Of a stretch of DNA of 64,000 bases, positions 61,101 to 64,000 are shown in pieces. The stretch spans positions 33,170,001 to 33,234,000 of the forward strand of contig OX442314.1 in assembly GCA_949358305.1 (NCBI GenBank). Direction: 5' to 3'. How positions within the stretch are numbered: the first letter of the stretch is position 1; every line of letters starts with the position of its first letter. Made by a program: the position numbers and the translations under genes. The DNA is from Strigamia acuminata (lineage: Eukaryota). Below the pieces are notes generated by a model that saw nothing but the letters and a program-made list of their open reading frames with translations, was not told where the DNA came from and ran no database searches.

Positions 61101-63459
61101 TGCATTGAATTTTATTGCATTGTTCGCCTGCGAATTGTCCTTCAGATCACAGGGCGTGTTGTGGTTCAATAATTCATTGAATGTTGACTGGCAGTGGGAC
61201 ATGCAGCTGTTTGATTGTTTGAACCAACTTTCCAGTTTTTCCAACACCTATACTGTTGCAGCCCATCTTTTTTTTCAGTGTGTGTTCGTTTGTTCGTTCA
61301 TTCATTCGACGCGTTTATTTAGCAAGAAGACGAAACAATTGAATAATCAAAAATAAAAAGTTAAATGAAAAAGCAAATAAATTAAAATGGAAATTAACAA
61401 GAAAAATTTATAAATTGTAAGAACGCATCTTGATGGCAAATGAATACGTTTCCGTGGCGATCCTATGCATTTCGGTGAACGCTGCCGCCGCAAACCTGTA
61501 CGACGACTTCGGCAGTCTCGATTGTATCAGTTCGGCACATCTCCGTATGGCCTGTCGCCGCTGCGACTCCCGTCGCAGCCGTCGCCGAATCGAGCGCCGC
61601 CGTGGCCGACTCGTGGCGACAAAGTCACCGTCCTTGTCGCCGAGAAAGGTTCGTCGACAGCGAACGAATAGCCCAAAAGCGTGGTCGCCACGTTTGCCAT
61701 CTCCAAATTAATTCACTTGCAAAATGGTTTTTGATGGCAAACACAGCATTCCTATTGGTTCGTGTTGTAGGCAGAGGCAATAAGTTATGTGTAGGTGTTT
61801 GTATCTTTTTGTGGACTTAATAAGGAGTAAGGAACTCTAATAAAATTTCTTAGCTGTACTTCGATGACAACTGTTGTTGCCTTCTACTTTACACAGTTCA
61901 GTGGCGTTTTTTGCTATTAGCCTGGCCACACTCCTGCGTCGATCGTGTCTATACCTTCAGTCGTTGCAATGTCCCCAAAATCGTTTTGTCATGCTTGCTT
62001 TTGAGGTCATGAATAATTGTCCTGCCCAGCAGGAGTAAACTACGCATGTCCTACTCAACGACCCCATTAAAGTACCCTTCTACATAACATAGCGCCTTGT
62101 GGAAACTCACAAGGAGGCACATGGAAGTGGTACTTGCTTACCTTCATAATTCTATTGAACTATCTCTCAAGAAAATGGTCATCGTTTTGTCCTATAGTAG
62201 AGTACTACAACACTCCTCTTGGAATATGGACTTCTTCTAAGCTCAGTGATCTGGTCAGCGATCACACCTACCAGTTTTTAGCAAAATCTACCCATAGTAC
62301 CCATAGTAGTTAAAGCCTATATTGGGTTTACAATTATAGTCATGGGTGCCTGGGATGTGAATGGGAATAAATGTGGGACACTATAAATGCAATCAATCTT
62401 CTTATTAAAAAACTACGGTTTCTTAATACCAGTAGTAATGTGTAATTCATCTATAAAATGCTGCAAATTATTTGTTAGACTAACTTGATAAGCAACAGGT
62501 GAGTGCTGACTTCTAGGCAAGTCTTGGTGGTATGTAACTACTTGCTTCAAGTTTATAATCAAGCCAAAATTACAATAACTCTTTATTTAGAGCTTTATTG
62601 CACGTTAAGCATTTTAACACAGTTTCCCAGCTAGTGTGAGGTCTCTTTTGAGAAACGTCGAATGATTGTTTGAACCAAGTAGGGCACATAAGAGTTATTT
62701 TACTCTCAATTCCAATCAAGTTGTCCAAAATATTTTCATCGATTCATTTCTGCTTTTTTGGAACTCATTAAGATAGGAAGTAGCTTTGAAAATTGTAGAT
62801 AACAAACATATGTTCCTCCTAAGTTGACATCACGTTTCATCTCACTATTGAAACATTCTGAATTATTGTTTGTTGCCGTGATATCACGAAATGCTTCATA
62901 TTTATCTGTATTGAGTATAGCACTGTGGTCTTTGATGTCAGGAAATATAATGTTCTTAATGTATGAACAAAAGTTTGTGACGATGACCTTTCGATGACGC
63001 TATCCGCTCAAAATGTGTATTTTGGCATAACAAGCTAGTCTATCTATTCAGTAGTTGAGAGATAGGATTGACAAAACCTAAAGTGTGAACTGGGTAAAAT
63101 AATGACACATGCGGTTATCAAGACATAACATATTTATTGATATCTAAATATAATCACCGTAAAGTGATTATATTAATCAATTTGCATGAAATACAATTAT
63201 ACAGTGACTATGCCGACAATTGGCCGTATAAATTGGTCGATTAACTATACATACTGTTACGTGGAATCCGGGCCTAATCAGGTCTCCACGCAACTATGTT
63301 TAATTGGGGTTTAGTGAGTGTGAAAGGAAAGAATGAGATTCATTTATGCTTTAAATTCAATTCAGATTTATTTGACCGGACAAACAAAGTTTGTTCGATC
63401 CCTTATAAATTCAGATACATTTATTCTCAACAGGTCAGAATGTTATTTTGGATAAATTG

Positions 63460-64000
63460 TCACTTCTTACATTTGTCAAATGTACAACCTTTATTTTTCT
63501 TTTTCTTTAATTTTTCTATTTCTTCTTCACTTAATTCTTCCTGGATCCTACTTAAAGCATCGGCATCTGTATGTTTCTTGCCGCTTTTATGAAATATTTC
63601 AAAATCATATTCAGCTAGTTGCAGCGCCCACCTGGCTAGACGTCCATTTGGATTTCGGACTCCTTTCAGCCGTTGGAGGGCAGAATGGTCGGTAATAATT
63701 TGGAATTTCTGTCCATATAAGTACGGTCTAAACTTTTCAATAGCAAAAATGATTGCTAACATTTCCCTATCAGTTGCAGTGTAATTCATTTCTGCTGTGC
63801 TCATCATACGACTTGCATAAGCGATAACACGCTCTTGATTGTTGACTTTTTGCTTCAAAATAGCTCCTAATCCATAGGCACTTGCATCGCATGAAATCAT
63901 GAAGGGCTGAGTAAAATCTGGATGCGCTAACACCGGCACTGTTATTAATGCATTTCGGAGCGTGTGGAATGCTTTGTCGTGGGGTGGTCCCCAGTCAAAC
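63460..64000 (-). mobile_element. Fragment of an unrelated Ty3/Gypsy pol (RT connection and RNase H), truncated before the integrase
   Basis: PVLAHPDF..CDASAYGLGAIL..IAYASR..REMLAI..TDH..RLARW..DADALSR followed by an early stop; continues beyond the window. Confidence 0.9.

Noticed and set aside
61400..61720. GC-rich, Arg-rich ORFs on both strands
   Set aside because: No recognisable domain, reliable start or clear splice structure.

Overview
AT-rich eukaryotic (invertebrate, probably arthropod) genomic window dominated by nested transposons. It holds two copies of one Ty3/Gypsy LTR retrotransposon family with ~1.75 kb LTRs, a tRNA-Gln PBS, a -1 gag-pol frameshift and an unusual non-Env third ORF. 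Copy A (6419-20791, minus strand) appears intact. Copy B (23900-47881, plus strand) is disabled and sits inside a 21-bp satellite array. Copy B also carries three nested insertions: a Ty1/Copia element whose polyprotein contains an MBD-like domain after the integrase, a Copia-type solo LTR, and a MULE DNA transposon. The flanks contain a spliced gene for a membrane-anchored protein resembling bacterial PQQ glucose/sorbosone dehydrogenases (truncated at the left edge), a ~1 kb palindrome with tRNA-like arms, Tc1 remnants, a locally duplicated host unit, a single-exon TAF10 CDS and a fragment of another Gypsy pol at the right edge. All family assignments come from motif recognition by eye; no database searches were run.
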